The translations under genes and the position numbers were made by a program. Shown here in pieces: positions 1 through 10,000 of a stretch of 64,000 nt of DNA. The stretch covers positions 384,001 through 448,000 of the forward strand of contig CAWFJP010000031.1 of the NCBI GenBank assembly GCA_963816145.1. Direction: 5' to 3'. How positions within the stretch are numbered: the first letter of the stretch is position 1; every line of letters starts with the position of its first letter. Source of the DNA: an uncultured delta proteobacterium. Its GTDB lineage: Bacteria; Desulfobacterota; Binatia; UBA9968. The notes under the pieces were generated by a model. The model saw only the letters and a list, made by a program, of their open reading frames with translations, was not told the DNA's origin and ran no database searches.

Positions 1-2
1 GC

Positions 3-1322
3 GGCCTGACATTTTTCACCAGTGAAATTCGGTTTCGCCGCGGTGAACAATGGGTGAAGATTGACAAGCCGGCCGACGCGCGGGTCGAGACGTTCACTGA
101 TCAAATTTTAGTGCGGCTGCGCTCGGACTGGAGCGTCGGCGGGAAAACCTACCGGGCAGGATCACTGCTTGGTACCGATTTTGAGGGTTATTTGCTTGGC
201 GAGCGGGAGTTCGCCGTCCTCTTCGAGCCAAGCGAGCGCCGGGCGCTGGCGAGCACCAGCGGAACTAAGAACTTCTTGATTCTCAACGAACTGGATAACG
301 TGCGCAGCAAAGCGTACGCGCTCAAGCTCAATGCTGGGCAATGGCTTCGCAGTCAAGTGGCAACGCCCGCTTTCGGTGCAGTGCGCGTGCGCGGTGTCGA
401 TGCCGATGCATCAGACGATTACTTTATGACCGTCAACGACTTCTTGACTCCGTCAACTCTGTTTCTCGGCACGGTCGGCACGGAAGCGCAGGAAAAGTTG
501 AAAGGATCGCCGGAATTTTTCAACACGGAAGGGTTGGACATCAGCCAGCATGAAGCGGTCTCGAAAGACGGCATTAAGATTCCCTACTTTCAAGTGAGCC
601 GTAAAAGCGTAGCGACAAATGGCACAAATCCCACATTGCTTTACGGCTATGGCGGCTTCAACGTGTCTCAGTTGCCGTTCTACAGCGGCACTCTCGGCGT
701 GGCTTGGCTTGAGCGCGGCGGTGTCTATGTGCTGGCGAACATTCGCGGTGGCGGTGAGTTCGGTCCCGACTGGCACTATGCTGCGCGCAAGGAAAACCGC
801 CAGCGGGCCTACGATGATTTCATCGCCGTCGCCGAGGATTTGATCGCGCGCAATGTGACGTCGCCGCAGCATCTCGGCATCCAGGGCGGTTCCAACGGTG
901 GCTTGCTGGTCGGCGTCGCGCTGACCCAGCGGCCTGATTTATTCAAGGCGGTAGTCTGTCAGGTGCCGCTGCTCGATATGCGCCGCTATAACAAATTGTT
1001 GGCCGGTGCCAGTTGGGTGGATGAGTACGGAGATCCGGACAAGCCGGAGGAGTGGGCTTACATCGAAAAGTATTCCCCCTATCACAATGTCTTTGACGAG
1101 AAAAAATATCCGCGGGTGCTGTTTACGACGTCAACGCGCGACGACCGGGTGCATCCCGGCCACGCGCGCAAAATGTTCGCCAAGATGAAGGCGCAGGGGC
1201 ATGACGTGCTTTACTACGAGAATATCGAAGGCGGCCATGGCGGCGCGGCGGATAACCGACAACTGGCTTACATGTCGGCGCTGACCCATGCGTTTCTAGT
1301 CAAAGAGTTGTTCGCTGAGTGA
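3..1322 (+). CDS. Prolyl oligopeptidase family (S9A) serine peptidase, 5'-truncated by the window edge
   Basis: Frame is open from position 3. Motifs YGYGGF, NIRGGGEFG, GGSNGG (nucleophile Ser), DDRVHP (Asp) and GGHG (His). Confidence 0.95.
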   Translation, partial: GLTFFTSEIRFRRGEQWVKIDKPADARVETFTDQILVRLRSDWSVGGKTYRAGSLLGTDFEGYLLGEREFAVLFEPSERRALASTSGTKNFLILNELDNVRSKAYALKLNAGQWLRSQVATPAFGAVRVRGVDADASDDYFMTVNDFLTPSTLFLGTVGTEAQEKLKGSPEFFNTEGLDISQHEAVSKDGIKIPYFQVSRKSVATNGTNPTLLYGYGGFNVSQLPFYSGTLGVAWLERGGVYVLANIRGGGEFGPDWHYAARKENRQRAYDDFIAVAEDLIARNVTSPQHLGIQGGSNGGLLVGVALTQRPDLFKAVVCQVPLLDMRRYNKLLAGASWVDEYGDPDKPEEWAYIEKYSPYHNVFDEKKYPRVLFTTSTRDDRVHPGHARKMFAKMKAQGHDVLYYENIEGGHGGAADNRQLAYMSALTHAFLVKELFAE

Positions 1323-1418
1323 AATATGCTGGAACGGCGTTGCTCGCAATCGTCAAAAAGAATCGGAATCGGATAATTAACCGCAAAGAGCGCAAACCAA
1401 TTTACAAGTCCTTCGCAT

Positions 1419-1444
1419 GTAAGGGCGACCGGCCGGTCGCCCTA
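1419..1444. repeat. REP-like palindrome between convergent genes
   Basis: GTAAGGGCGACCGGCCGGTCGCCCTA: AGGGCGACCGG/CCGGTCGCCCT is self-complementary and overlaps the stop codon of the LLM gene. Confidence 0.7.
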
Positions 1445-2533
1445 TGCCTCGGCCTTAGGGAAGTACAGCGCGTCGACTTCAAACTTTCTCAGCTCCGGCA
1501 TAACCTGCTCGGTGAATAAGCGCAGCGAATTGAGCGTTTGCTTTTGTGTCAGCTCGCCGAACGTAAACTCGCCAAGAAAAGTGTCACCGCCGGCTTGGTT
1601 GGCGATACTCTTGATTTGCTGCACAACGGTTTCCGGCGCGCCGCAGATAAACGACCCTTCGGCGATGGAGTGTTCCATGTCCATTAGCTGTTGGCGCCGG
1701 CTGCCGTCTAGAATCGTCGTCAAACCGGTGGTTCCGTGGGCGCCGTAGGTGCGCGCGCCGCCGCGCCGCTCCCAGAAGTTCTTCCAATGATACTCGCCAT
1801 CGGCGCGGGCTTGCTTATCGCTCTCGGCGACATAAATCTCGCGCATCAGGCCCATATGTGGTTTGCGGCCTGCCGGTTTGGCGCGTTGGTACGCGTCGCG
1901 GTATTCGTCAAAGGCTTTGCGCGTCGCTTTCATGCCGGACGGCACCCATTGAACGGTGCTGATTCCTGTGGTGGCGGCTTCTTCGATGGACTCCTTGCTG
2001 CGCGTCGGCATCCACAACGGCGGATGGGGCTTCTGCACTAGCGGGATGCTCGAGTCGACATCTTTGCATTGAAAATATTTGCCATCGAAGCTGAAGGTTT
2101 CATGGGTCCAGATGCCTTTGATGATTTGCAGGGCTTCGAGTGTCATCTCGCGCTTCGAATCCCAGTCCACGTTGTAAGCTTTGAAGGAGAACGGACCGAT
2201 GCCGGCGCCAATGCCACATTCCAAGCGGCCGTTCATGAGATTGTCGAGCAGCGCCGCCTCTTCGGCGACGCGCACCGGGTGCCAGAGGGGCAGCACATAA
2301 ACGAGTGGCCCCATGCGAATACTTTTAGTCCGCTGCGACGCCGCGCCGAGGAAACTTCCCGGACTCGGACATTCGGAAAAGCCCATGTCGAAGTGATGTT
2401 CGGCAACAAAGTAAAAATCCATGCCGGCCTGGTCGGCGAACTCCACTACCTCCAAATGATTGCGATACAGGTCGACGTAGGTGCGCGCCGGGTGGTCATG
2501 CTTCTGCATGTGATCGAACAGGCCAACTTTCAT
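1442..2533 (-). CDS. LLM-class flavin-dependent oxidoreductase (luciferase-like monooxygenase)
   Basis: VAEHHF, HPVRVAEEAALLDNL..GRLECGIG, P.QKPHPPLW and SLRLF..QVMP motifs; SD AAGGA upstream. Confidence 0.93.
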   Translation of the reverse strand: MKVGLFDHMQKHDHPARTYVDLYRNHLEVVEFADQAGMDFYFVAEHHFDMGFSECPSPGSFLGAASQRTKSIRMGPLVYVLPLWHPVRVAEEAALLDNLMNGRLECGIGAGIGPFSFKAYNVDWDSKREMTLEALQIIKGIWTHETFSFDGKYFQCKDVDSSIPLVQKPHPPLWMPTRSKESIEEAATTGISTVQWVPSGMKATRKAFDEYRDAYQRAKPAGRKPHMGLMREIYVAESDKQARADGEYHWKNFWERRGGARTYGAHGTTGLTTILDGSRRQQLMDMEHSIAEGSFICGAPETVVQQIKSIANQAGGDTFLGEFTFGELTQKQTLNSLRLFTEQVMPELRKFEVDALYFPKAEA

Positions 2534-2577
2534 GGTGCTATCCTTCCTTGATGTTAAACCGTCTGGTTAACGGTAGG

Positions 2578-2657
2578 AAAATCCCCCTTGTTCCTCCTTT
2601 TTCAAAGGGGGAGACAGGAGATACCCCTCTCTAAAAAGAGCGGCTTGGGGAGATTTT
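2578..2657. repeat. TCCCCC/CAAAGGGGG double-hairpin intergenic repeat, copy 1
   Basis: ATCCCCC...CCTTTTTCAAAGGGGGA...CCCCTCT..AAAGAG.GG..TGGGGAGATTTT; clearly similar to 47858-47935. Confidence 0.75.
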
Positions 2658-2672
2658 GCAATTAGGTCATTT

Positions 2673-3656
2673 TTATTTTGTCGTTTCTTTCTGAATCTCT
2701 TGCAGCAATGAATTGTCGTACATCTTTTCCAGGGCGAGCTTTTTCACTTCAGCGCTGCTTTCGGCGCGAAAGTCCAAGATCGAATTTAGACCGGCGAGTG
2801 AGACATAGGGGATTCTTAACGCATAGTCTTTGACGTTCTCCTTGTAGGTCTCGTCCAAGGTGGCGCCGTCGGTGGTGCGGGTATACTTGCCGATGGTACG
2901 CTTGGCGAATGCCGGATCGGCGATCGCCAGATCGTAGGCGGCGATGGTGGCGCGCAGGACCTTTTTCAGTTCTTCTCGTTTGGTTTTCAACTGCGAGTTT
3001 TTGACGATGAAGCAGCCGTAGTCGAAAGGCAGGCCGATGGCTTCTGTGGTCAACAGCTCACGAAAGCCGAGCTTGCGGGCGCCCAGCGTCAGCGGCAGCG
3101 AGATCGACCCGCCCTGGACTAAATTGTTCTGCATGCCGGCGATGATTTCCTGCGTACCGCCGAGCTGGAGCAGGGCGACGTCTTTGACCGGTTGCAGACG
3201 ATGCTTTTTCAAGACATGGCGCGCGACAAAGTCGGAAAAAGCTCCGAAACGGGTAACGCCCACGGCCTTGCCTTTCAAATCGCCGATGCTGCTGACCGTG
3301 GCAGTGGTAAAAAAAGACGTCTGCCCTTTATCGTACTGGCAAGCGATCATGGTCAGTTCGGCACCGGCGAGATTGGCATCGACCACGGCGCCGGCGGCCG
3401 AGTACATGATATCGATGTCGCCTCCGAGCAAGGCTTGCACGGATTTGGTGCTCGAACCGATGTAGAGCAGCTCCATGTCGGCGCCAAATTTCTGGTACAG
3501 TCCGGCATCCTTGCCAACCCAAAGGACCGTAAAGGTGCCGGCGAAGGCGGTGTAGGCGACGCGGAGCTTGGCTGCCTGGGCGTTGGCATGGGCACTCATC
3601 CCTAACGAACAGAACAAAACCACCATGAGCAAAAGTAGTTTTCCGCTGGGTTTCAT
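2673..3656 (-). CDS. ABC transporter substrate-binding protein (NMT1/SsuA-like)
   Basis: Signal peptide (MKPSGKLLLL..AHA), KLRVAY, DLKGKAVGVTRFG. Start set at 3656, which has an AGGAG SD. Confidence 0.88.
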   Translation of the reverse strand: MKPSGKLLLLMVVLFCSLGMSAHANAQAAKLRVAYTAFAGTFTVLWVGKDAGLYQKFGADMELLYIGSSTKSVQALLGGDIDIMYSAAGAVVDANLAGAELTMIACQYDKGQTSFFTTATVSSIGDLKGKAVGVTRFGAFSDFVARHVLKKHRLQPVKDVALLQLGGTQEIIAGMQNNLVQGGSISLPLTLGARKLGFRELLTTEAIGLPFDYGCFIVKNSQLKTKREELKKVLRATIAAYDLAIADPAFAKRTIGKYTRTTDGATLDETYKENVKDYALRIPYVSLAGLNSILDFRAESSAEVKKLALEKMYDNSLLQEIQKETTK

Positions 3657-3800
3657 CGCCGCTCCTGAGAACCTTGCGATCGGTTTTCGATAGATCATGA
3701 TCGCGACCTTCGTGTCAAGTTTCGCCGGCACGAGCCGAGAAACGGCTTAATCGCCGGGACGTGTTACAGTCTGATGGCAGACCGATTGCGGACGCGAAGA

Positions 3801-3868
3801 AAGAATTCTTGCTTTGCTCGAAATGACGCTCAGAGAGTCGCTGTCATCCCGAACGAAGAGAGGGATCT
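3801..3868. repeat. GTCATCCCG/AGATCCCTCG-type repeat pair
   Basis: GAATTCTTGCTTTGCTCGAAATGAC followed by GTCATCCCGAACGAAGAGAGGGATCT; same family as 59799, 60934-61013 and 62234. Confidence 0.6.
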
Positions 3869-3986
3869 CGTCAATCTTTGCCTTGACCCATCCCTCGCTT
3901 CTAACCTATGGTGGGTGGCGGAATGGAGGGTGGAATTGGATCGCCATAGTAGAGACGTATATTCCCTGGGTCGAGCAGGCCGGCGC

Positions 3987-4952
3987 ATGATATGGTTATT
4001 GGTCTCTACGGCGGCGGTTCTCTGTCTTGCGTCGTCCACGGTGAAGGCGCAAGAGAAAATCAAGTTTCCCGTCGGCGTCGGCACCAAAACAGTCGGCACC
4101 AACATGTTTTGGCTGGGGGTGAAGAAGGGCTTCTTCGATGACGTCGGCTTGGATGTGCAACCGATCTTGTTACGCGGTAGTCCGATCACGACTGCGGCGC
4201 TGGTGAGTGAATCAGTTAACTTGGCGTTAGGTTCCGCCGATGCGGTGATTGCGGCGGCCGCCAATGGCGCCGATTTAGTTGGCGTTGGCGGCGTCGTAAA
4301 CGGACTCACCCAGGCCATCGTCGCCGGCAAGGATTATAAAAATTTCAAAGATTTGCGCGGCGCGACGGTCGGTGTGCAAGCGCTGACTTCGGGCGCCGCC
4401 AACGTGTTACAAAAAATTTTCAAGCAAAACGGCTTGAACTATCCGGTGGATTACAAACTGCTAGCCGTCGGTGGCGGCAGCTTCAATCTCGCAGCGCTCA
4501 CTTCGGGACAACTTGGCGCGACGTACTTGGTGGTCCCTCTCGATTACACTGCCGAGCAGCAGGGTTTTAACCTGCTAGGTTATTTCCGCGATTATTTCCC
4601 CAACTATCAACTTTCCCTGCTCACAGTGAAAAAGAGCTGGGCGGAGAAAAACCGTCCGTTGTTGGTACGTTATTTAAAAGCCACGGTGCGCACGCACCGC
4701 TGGCTCTTCGCCAACAAAGAGGCGGCGATCGATTTTCTCGCCAAGGAAATTCCGCTCAAGCCTGAGATGGCGCGGCGCGGTTGGGAGTATTACACCGCCA
4801 ATCGTATCTGGCATCCCAATGCGGAGATCAATATCGAAGGTCTGAAGTCGACGATGCAGATTTACGCCGACCAGATCAAAGGCCCGCTGCCGGATCCGCT
4901 GAAATACATCGATCAGAGTTATTTGCAGCAGGCGATCAAGGAGTTGGGTTGA
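3987..4952 (+). CDS. ABC transporter substrate-binding protein (NMT1/SsuA-like)
   Basis: Signal peptide MIWLLVSTAAVLCLASSTVKA, KKGFFDDVGLDV, DLRGATVGV. The longer ORF start at 3774 runs through repeat DNA. Confidence 0.88.
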   Translation: MIWLLVSTAAVLCLASSTVKAQEKIKFPVGVGTKTVGTNMFWLGVKKGFFDDVGLDVQPILLRGSPITTAALVSESVNLALGSADAVIAAAANGADLVGVGGVVNGLTQAIVAGKDYKNFKDLRGATVGVQALTSGAANVLQKIFKQNGLNYPVDYKLLAVGGGSFNLAALTSGQLGATYLVVPLDYTAEQQGFNLLGYFRDYFPNYQLSLLTVKKSWAEKNRPLLVRYLKATVRTHRWLFANKEAAIDFLAKEIPLKPEMARRGWEYYTANRIWHPNAEINIEGLKSTMQIYADQIKGPLPDPLKYIDQSYLQQAIKELG

Positions 4953-5019
4953 CGGTGTCGCCTGGTTCACCAAGCTTCGGGCGCGGCATTCACTGACCGA
5001 TGACAAGAAGCTTCTCCGG

Positions 5020-6175
5020 TCATATGCCGGCGAGCCGCAGGAGCTTATCGAGCACGACGTCCGAATCGAGGAATTCACGCGCAAAGGAAACCGCCGCAGC
5101 AGCGTGGCGCGAATAATCGCTCTGCACATGGTCGATTGCTGCGGCAGCACTATCGATATCGGTAAAAGTGATTAAGCCTGAACCGGTGGGTAGGCAGGCG
5201 CTCAAGCCGGTGTCCTGCATGATGACCGGGCGACCTGCGGCCAGATAGCACGCGCTCCGGTCGCTGAACCAACCCGTTCGTCCGGCGGCGTATCCATGCT
5301 TCACAGCGGTAAACTCCCCCCGCGAGCCAAATATGTAATCGCGATAGACATCGGAATTTGCCGCATGCACTTTGGGCGAAACGATTTGCCAGCCACACCG
5401 CTCAAGATCCACTCGGTCCCGCTCATCGGGGTGGATGGAAAGACAAAGCTCCAGGGGTGCGCTCACACGGCTCGGAAGATCGATGATTCTTCTGAACTCG
5501 TCGGCTTTTTGACCGTACCAAACGCCTTGCCATTCGACCGGCCCGACGCCGCGCCAGTCGGCGACCGTCGAATATGCTTTTCCGGCCGCTCTTTGGGTTT
5601 GCCATTCTCCGATGATAACCGGAGGCAGGCTTCTTTCCCAACGAATGCCGCAGGTCGGCAGGGGACAATCCGGTTTCCCCAGATTGAGTCCGACGGTTAC
5701 GTAGACATCATGGCCGCGCATGTTCATGTCGACGCCATACTGTTCCTGCCAGATCTGGGTAAATCCCGGGTCCATGTCCACATACATACGACGGCGCACG
5801 GCTAAGAGTATCGACTCGAGATTCAGTCGGCCGGAGAAATTGACCAGCAAATCAACCTCATGCGCGAGTGCCTCAACTTCCGCCAGCGATAGCCCGACGT
5901 AACCGGAACCGGCCGACTCTAGCAAACTGCCAGTGGCCCAGCAGATCGAAATTTTCCATGAGCGCGCGGAAGTGACGCACGTTTGCCGAAGCGCTGAAGC
6001 TCACTGGATTCGCGTTATCGTCGACGCAAGCTTGCGGGTCGAGCTGTTCGACGTAATAGGTTTCGAAACCGAGTCGGCGAAACCCTAGAACATATTGCAA
6101 AAACGCCCAGGTATTGCCCGCACCATAAAGCGGGTGCGTTTCAATGGCGCCGGCGACGATGACGCGTTTTGCCAT
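5020..6175 (-). pseudogene. Glycosyltransferase-like protein (paralogue of 8783-9991), split by a +1 frameshift near 5930 that may be a sequencing error
   Basis: ORF 5873-6175 (GAGNTWAFLQYVLGFRRLGFETYYVE) and ORF 5020-5925 (GEFTAVKHGY..RTGWFSDRSACYLAAGRPVIMQDTG) match the N- and C-terminal parts of the 402-aa paralogue. Removing one base joins them. Confidence 0.8.
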
Positions 6176-6187
6176 ATCGATCGATGG

Positions 6188-6841
6188 TCAAACGGAAATT
6201 ACACCGGCGCTGGTCGGCTTTCGATAACGCGAGATAACGACATCGAGGCTTACACCATTTTTTTGGCCGCGAAAAATCTCTTGCGCGTCGGCTTGAAAGC
6301 CAACATTCAGAAATAGGTCGTGGTAGGTGGCGACGATACAGGAGAGCATAAGAGGATCTCCGATGTCGCCTTGGGTATTGGCCAGAAGCAGGTGCCGGCC
6401 CGGCGCGGTCGCCGCAAATAATTCCGAAGCCAGCCAGCCGACGTCGAAAAAAGAGTAAAGCCAGCCGAGGTAATAAATGGTCTCGCTCATGACGATCAGG
6501 TCCCAGGGGCCTTCCTGTTTGGGATCATAATCCATGATGTTTTGAACGCGGAATTCTGCCTGGCTTGGCGCACAAGCGATCTGTGCAGCCGCTATCGCCG
6601 TGCCGGACACATCGAGTGCCAGCAACCGCCGAGCGCGCGGAGCCAGGAGTCGGGTGAAGGCCCCTGCGCCACAACCGATTTCAAGCACTCTGTCATATCC
6701 CGACGGGTCTAACATAGAGATTAAGCGGTGGTATCTTTCACGGTCGAAGTCGCAGCTTTCCAGCTCCCAGGGATCGCCGCGCGCCCATAAATCGTCAAAA
6801 AATGAACTCGCCTGGGAATTTTTTTGTTCACGCTCGGTCAT
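6188..6841 (-). CDS. NodS-like class I SAM-dependent methyltransferase
   Basis: DPW..E....ERY N-terminus, VLEIGCGAGAFT motif I and DLIVMSETIYY, typical of the NodS family. Confidence 0.8.
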   Translation of the reverse strand: MTEREQKNSQASSFFDDLWARGDPWELESCDFDRERYHRLISMLDPSGYDRVLEIGCGAGAFTRLLAPRARRLLALDVSGTAIAAAQIACAPSQAEFRVQNIMDYDPKQEGPWDLIVMSETIYYLGWLYSFFDVGWLASELFAATAPGRHLLLANTQGDIGDPLMLSCIVATYHDLFLNVGFQADAQEIFRGQKNGVSLDVVISRYRKPTSAGVISV

Positions 6842-6903
6842 ACAGTTTTATCAGTATGCGGCGATTTCGGACCGCCGGCTGCGCTAGAAGAAAACGGACC
6901 TGA

Positions 6904-7683
6904 TCACGGACTATTGAATATTTCCACGGCCGCAATGTTTTTGAGATGTTCCCAGTCGTCGAATGAGCAAAGATTGACGCCATGATCTCTGATCACAGCT
7001 CGCACGCGGGGATCGCACAAAGCTTTGAGTTCCTCGCGCCGTTCCATCTGATAGACGGTATTGAGATCGGCCGCATCGCCGGGGTGGCAGATCAATACGG
7101 TTAAGCCGTAAGGCAACGTTGATAGCACATGGATCAAGCGATTGACGCCAATACCTTCGGGGAAAGGGAGCCCCTCAGCCGTTTGACCATAGAACTTTTT
7201 GAAGTAATTAATTTGCGGGCATAAATCTCGTAACGGAATGCCCATGCTGGCGCAGATGCGAAGCGCGATTGACCGTATCGGCTCACGCAGGTGGACGTGT
7301 TGATGCGAGTTGATGTGGCTGGGCTCTCTGCCCACCAGATAGCGAAAAACTTCGAGTTGGTGAGTCACTTCGCGCTCGACGGCGGACTCATCGTCCAGGC
7401 AAACGACTGTATAAAAGGGTACCCAGCGGCCGCCGCGATAAATCCATTCGCCCAAATCGAGATGGAGACCGAGGCTCAGCTCCGGATGGGTTCTCGCGTA
7501 GAGCACGGCTTCGCCGGCCGCCAGCCACCGGGTCATCAGACTTGTGCTGGTGACAATCCCATGCTCGTGCGCCTCGATAATGCCCCGGTTTATGCCTGGG
7601 CTCTGGCCAAAGTCGTCGGCGTTTACGATCAGGTATTTACCGCCAGTCAAAGTCAACTCCCGTAAATCTGTTTGTTTGCCCAA
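6904..7683 (-). CDS. ChbG/HpnK (YdjC) family carbohydrate deacetylase
   Basis: LIVNADDFG, GIVTSTSLM, GLHLDL, PSHINSHQHVH and CHPG motifs. Confidence 0.9.
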   Translation of the reverse strand: MGKQTDLRELTLTGGKYLIVNADDFGQSPGINRGIIEAHEHGIVTSTSLMTRWLAAGEAVLYARTHPELSLGLHLDLGEWIYRGGRWVPFYTVVCLDDESAVEREVTHQLEVFRYLVGREPSHINSHQHVHLREPIRSIALRICASMGIPLRDLCPQINYFKKFYGQTAEGLPFPEGIGVNRLIHVLSTLPYGLTVLICHPGDAADLNTVYQMERREELKALCDPRVRAVIRDHGVNLCSFDDWEHLKNIAAVEIFNSP

Positions 7684-7737
7684 GTCTCAAGCGCTGACGC
7701 ACGGCAGCGGTTCACCGCTTGCCGCGAAACTATTCGC

Positions 7738-8724
7738 TTATGCGCTCGGCGGGGACGCAAGCAATCGTCGCCGCAGATCAAACACGACCAGGAATTCACC
7801 TTCAAAACTGCACCGGTAGTTGGAACGAAGGTGCAAATTGAAAGCTGAGTAAGTTTGAAGCCACCACAGAGCCGGCCATGCGAAAACGACGTGGGTGCAA
7901 TCGCGCTGGCGCATTCGCTCGACTTCGCTAATGGCGTGTTGATCGTCAATCGGTCGACCCCAGTATTCGCCGCTGTTTTCCAGGAAAGGCAGAGCCGTTC
8001 GCTCCCGGTCGCACCCCAATCGCGTTTGTGCCTCGTCGACGAGGATATAAGTTGCGCCGGATGGGACCATGGCGCGGATCTTCGACAGGCAAGACTGCTC
8101 GCGCCGAGATTCGATGTCGGCAAAGGACAACCGCCAGGGCTCCCTGGCGTAGAAGTCGCTCATATTGGCGTAGCCGAAGCGTTGCGTGATTTCCGGAGGA
8201 AGCCACTCCATCGTTTGATTCAAGTATCCCCGTATCATCGAGAGACACATAGAGTTACGCTCGGCAAACAGTACATCCATGCCGCGAAAGTCGTCTTCGG
8301 ACCAGACCGAAAGGTGGGCTTCGCTCTTGTGCCCTTCCCAGGAGTCCTGGCGCATTTGCAGGGGAAATTTTACAGCGATGAGTTTGGCGCGATAGACAAG
8401 AAAATTCAGCAAATCTATTCCCACGCTCTTGCGCATGTGTTCGATGCAGTCGCCGATGATCACTGCGTCAAAAGATCCATCCAAGTCGTTCATTAGGTCG
8501 GCAGCATCCATGACATGGACCGTGTCGTACAAATCGCGGAGCTTGTATCGCTCGACGTAGTCGGCGTCCGTTTCGATGGCGATCAGTTTGATTTCCGGTC
8601 GGGCGCGGCGGAGCATGCTGCCGTATTTGCCTTCTCCTGCGCCGATGTCGAGAACGGAATTGTGCCGCGTCAAACGAAAGTACTGTTCGATCTCGTTGTC
8701 AAACTCTATGGCTGAAAAAGGCAT
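7738..8724 (-). CDS. Class I SAM-dependent methyltransferase with an uncharacterised C-terminal domain
   Basis: VLDIGAGEGKYG motif I, DAVIIGDCIEHM; C-terminal YWGRP.DD..AI.E.ER domain of unknown function. Confidence 0.75.
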   Translation of the reverse strand: MPFSAIEFDNEIEQYFRLTRHNSVLDIGAGEGKYGSMLRRARPEIKLIAIETDADYVERYKLRDLYDTVHVMDAADLMNDLDGSFDAVIIGDCIEHMRKSVGIDLLNFLVYRAKLIAVKFPLQMRQDSWEGHKSEAHLSVWSEDDFRGMDVLFAERNSMCLSMIRGYLNQTMEWLPPEITQRFGYANMSDFYAREPWRLSFADIESRREQSCLSKIRAMVPSGATYILVDEAQTRLGCDRERTALPFLENSGEYWGRPIDDQHAISEVERMRQRDCTHVVFAWPALWWLQTYSAFNLHLRSNYRCSFEGEFLVVFDLRRRLLASPPSA

Positions 8725-8782
8725 TGTTGTTCTCTTGGCTGTGGGCGAAACTCAAAAGCATTGCCGACAAATCGTGCCATCG

Positions 8783-9991
8783 TCATAGCCCAATAGCGTC
8801 AATCAATTTCGCCAGCACGGTTTCGGCTTTCAAACATTCCTCAGCGATGGCGCGCGCGGCGCGGCTGTGTCGTGAATAGTCCGAGCTAACCGTTTCGAAA
8901 GCCGTGAGTATGTCGTCCATCGTTGTGAAGGAAAACAATCCTTCTCCAGTGGGAAGGAACTTTCCGAAGCCCGTATCTTGAGTGATCACGGGCCGGCCGG
9001 CAGCGAGATAGGAAGCGCTTCGATCGCTGAACCAACCGCTGCGCAGGCGCACGTTTTGATCCTTGGCGACAGTAAACTCCCCGTGCGATCTCAAGATATA
9101 ATCGCGATATGGTAGTATCTTTGTCGAAAACGACATGGAGTTGACGATGCGCCAGCCATGGGAGGTTAGGAGACGCGCCGTTTCGACGTCGTCAGCGCAG
9201 TCCGCGGCCAGGGCGAGGGCCAACTCGATGGGTTGCGAAGTACGCTTGGGCAGATCGAGAAATTTCAAGAACTCGTGATGCTTGCTCCAAGTATAGCGTT
9301 CGCCCTTCCATTCGAGATCTTTGCCGCTTTGGCGCCAATTGGCTATCGTCGTGAAGCAGCCGGCTGTCGATGCGTGACTGCCGTTGCCGTTTCGGTAGGC
9401 TGAAGGCCGCCACCAATCGAGCACGATCGGTTGTCGGGTCGGGAAATAGCGGAAATCTTGTACCGGAACGCCGCAATCCGGCGCTCCCAGGTTCTCTCCA
9501 TAGCTAAAGTGATGGGTATGGGCGCGCAGCCGTTCGATCGTTGGCTGATTTCCGGTCGCGATCTCGATCTGTGGCAGGACGGGATCGGTTTCAAGATATA
9601 CGCGGATGGGTACCCGCATGTGCTCTTCGCGTAAAACGGTGGACGCGGTGACATTGACAAGCAGATCGGCGCGGTCAAAAAGTTGCCGGACTCGCGTCGC
9701 GGAAAGTCCGAAGGTGCTTCCCTGCGCGCCGTCACGATAGGCCCAGCGGTCGGCGAAGCCGTAAGCGGCCATGACTTGTTCGATGATGTTTATCGAATAG
9801 GTAACATCCCCGGTTACGCTATTTGTTTCAGGATTGTAGGGCCATGCCCCGGTATCCTCGACATAGTAGACGTCGAAGCCAAGCCGACGAAACCCTTCGA
9901 GGTAGTGCAGCACTTGCCACACGACCCCGGCGAGAGGCATGCGGCCCATCATGCCTAAGACAATAAGTAGGCTGGTCCGACGCGCTTCCAT
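8783..9991 (-). CDS. Glycosyltransferase-like protein (GT-B, CgeB/Glyco_trans_1_2-like C-terminus)
   Basis: GEFTVAKDQNVRLRSGWFSDRSASYLAAGRPVITQDTG; lies in an operon with a GT2 and an ABC exporter. Confidence 0.7.
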   Translation of the reverse strand: MEARRTSLLIVLGMMGRMPLAGVVWQVLHYLEGFRRLGFDVYYVEDTGAWPYNPETNSVTGDVTYSINIIEQVMAAYGFADRWAYRDGAQGSTFGLSATRVRQLFDRADLLVNVTASTVLREEHMRVPIRVYLETDPVLPQIEIATGNQPTIERLRAHTHHFSYGENLGAPDCGVPVQDFRYFPTRQPIVLDWWRPSAYRNGNGSHASTAGCFTTIANWRQSGKDLEWKGERYTWSKHHEFLKFLDLPKRTSQPIELALALAADCADDVETARLLTSHGWRIVNSMSFSTKILPYRDYILRSHGEFTVAKDQNVRLRSGWFSDRSASYLAAGRPVITQDTGFGKFLPTGEGLFSFTTMDDILTAFETVSSDYSRHSRAARAIAEECLKAETVLAKLIDAIGL

Positions 9992-10000
9992 GCGCTCCTG

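Noticed and set aside
1319-1519. 66-aa ORF after the peptidase, and similar short ORFs at 33289, 35780 and 37310
   Set aside because: They consist largely of repeat-element DNA and overlap real genes.
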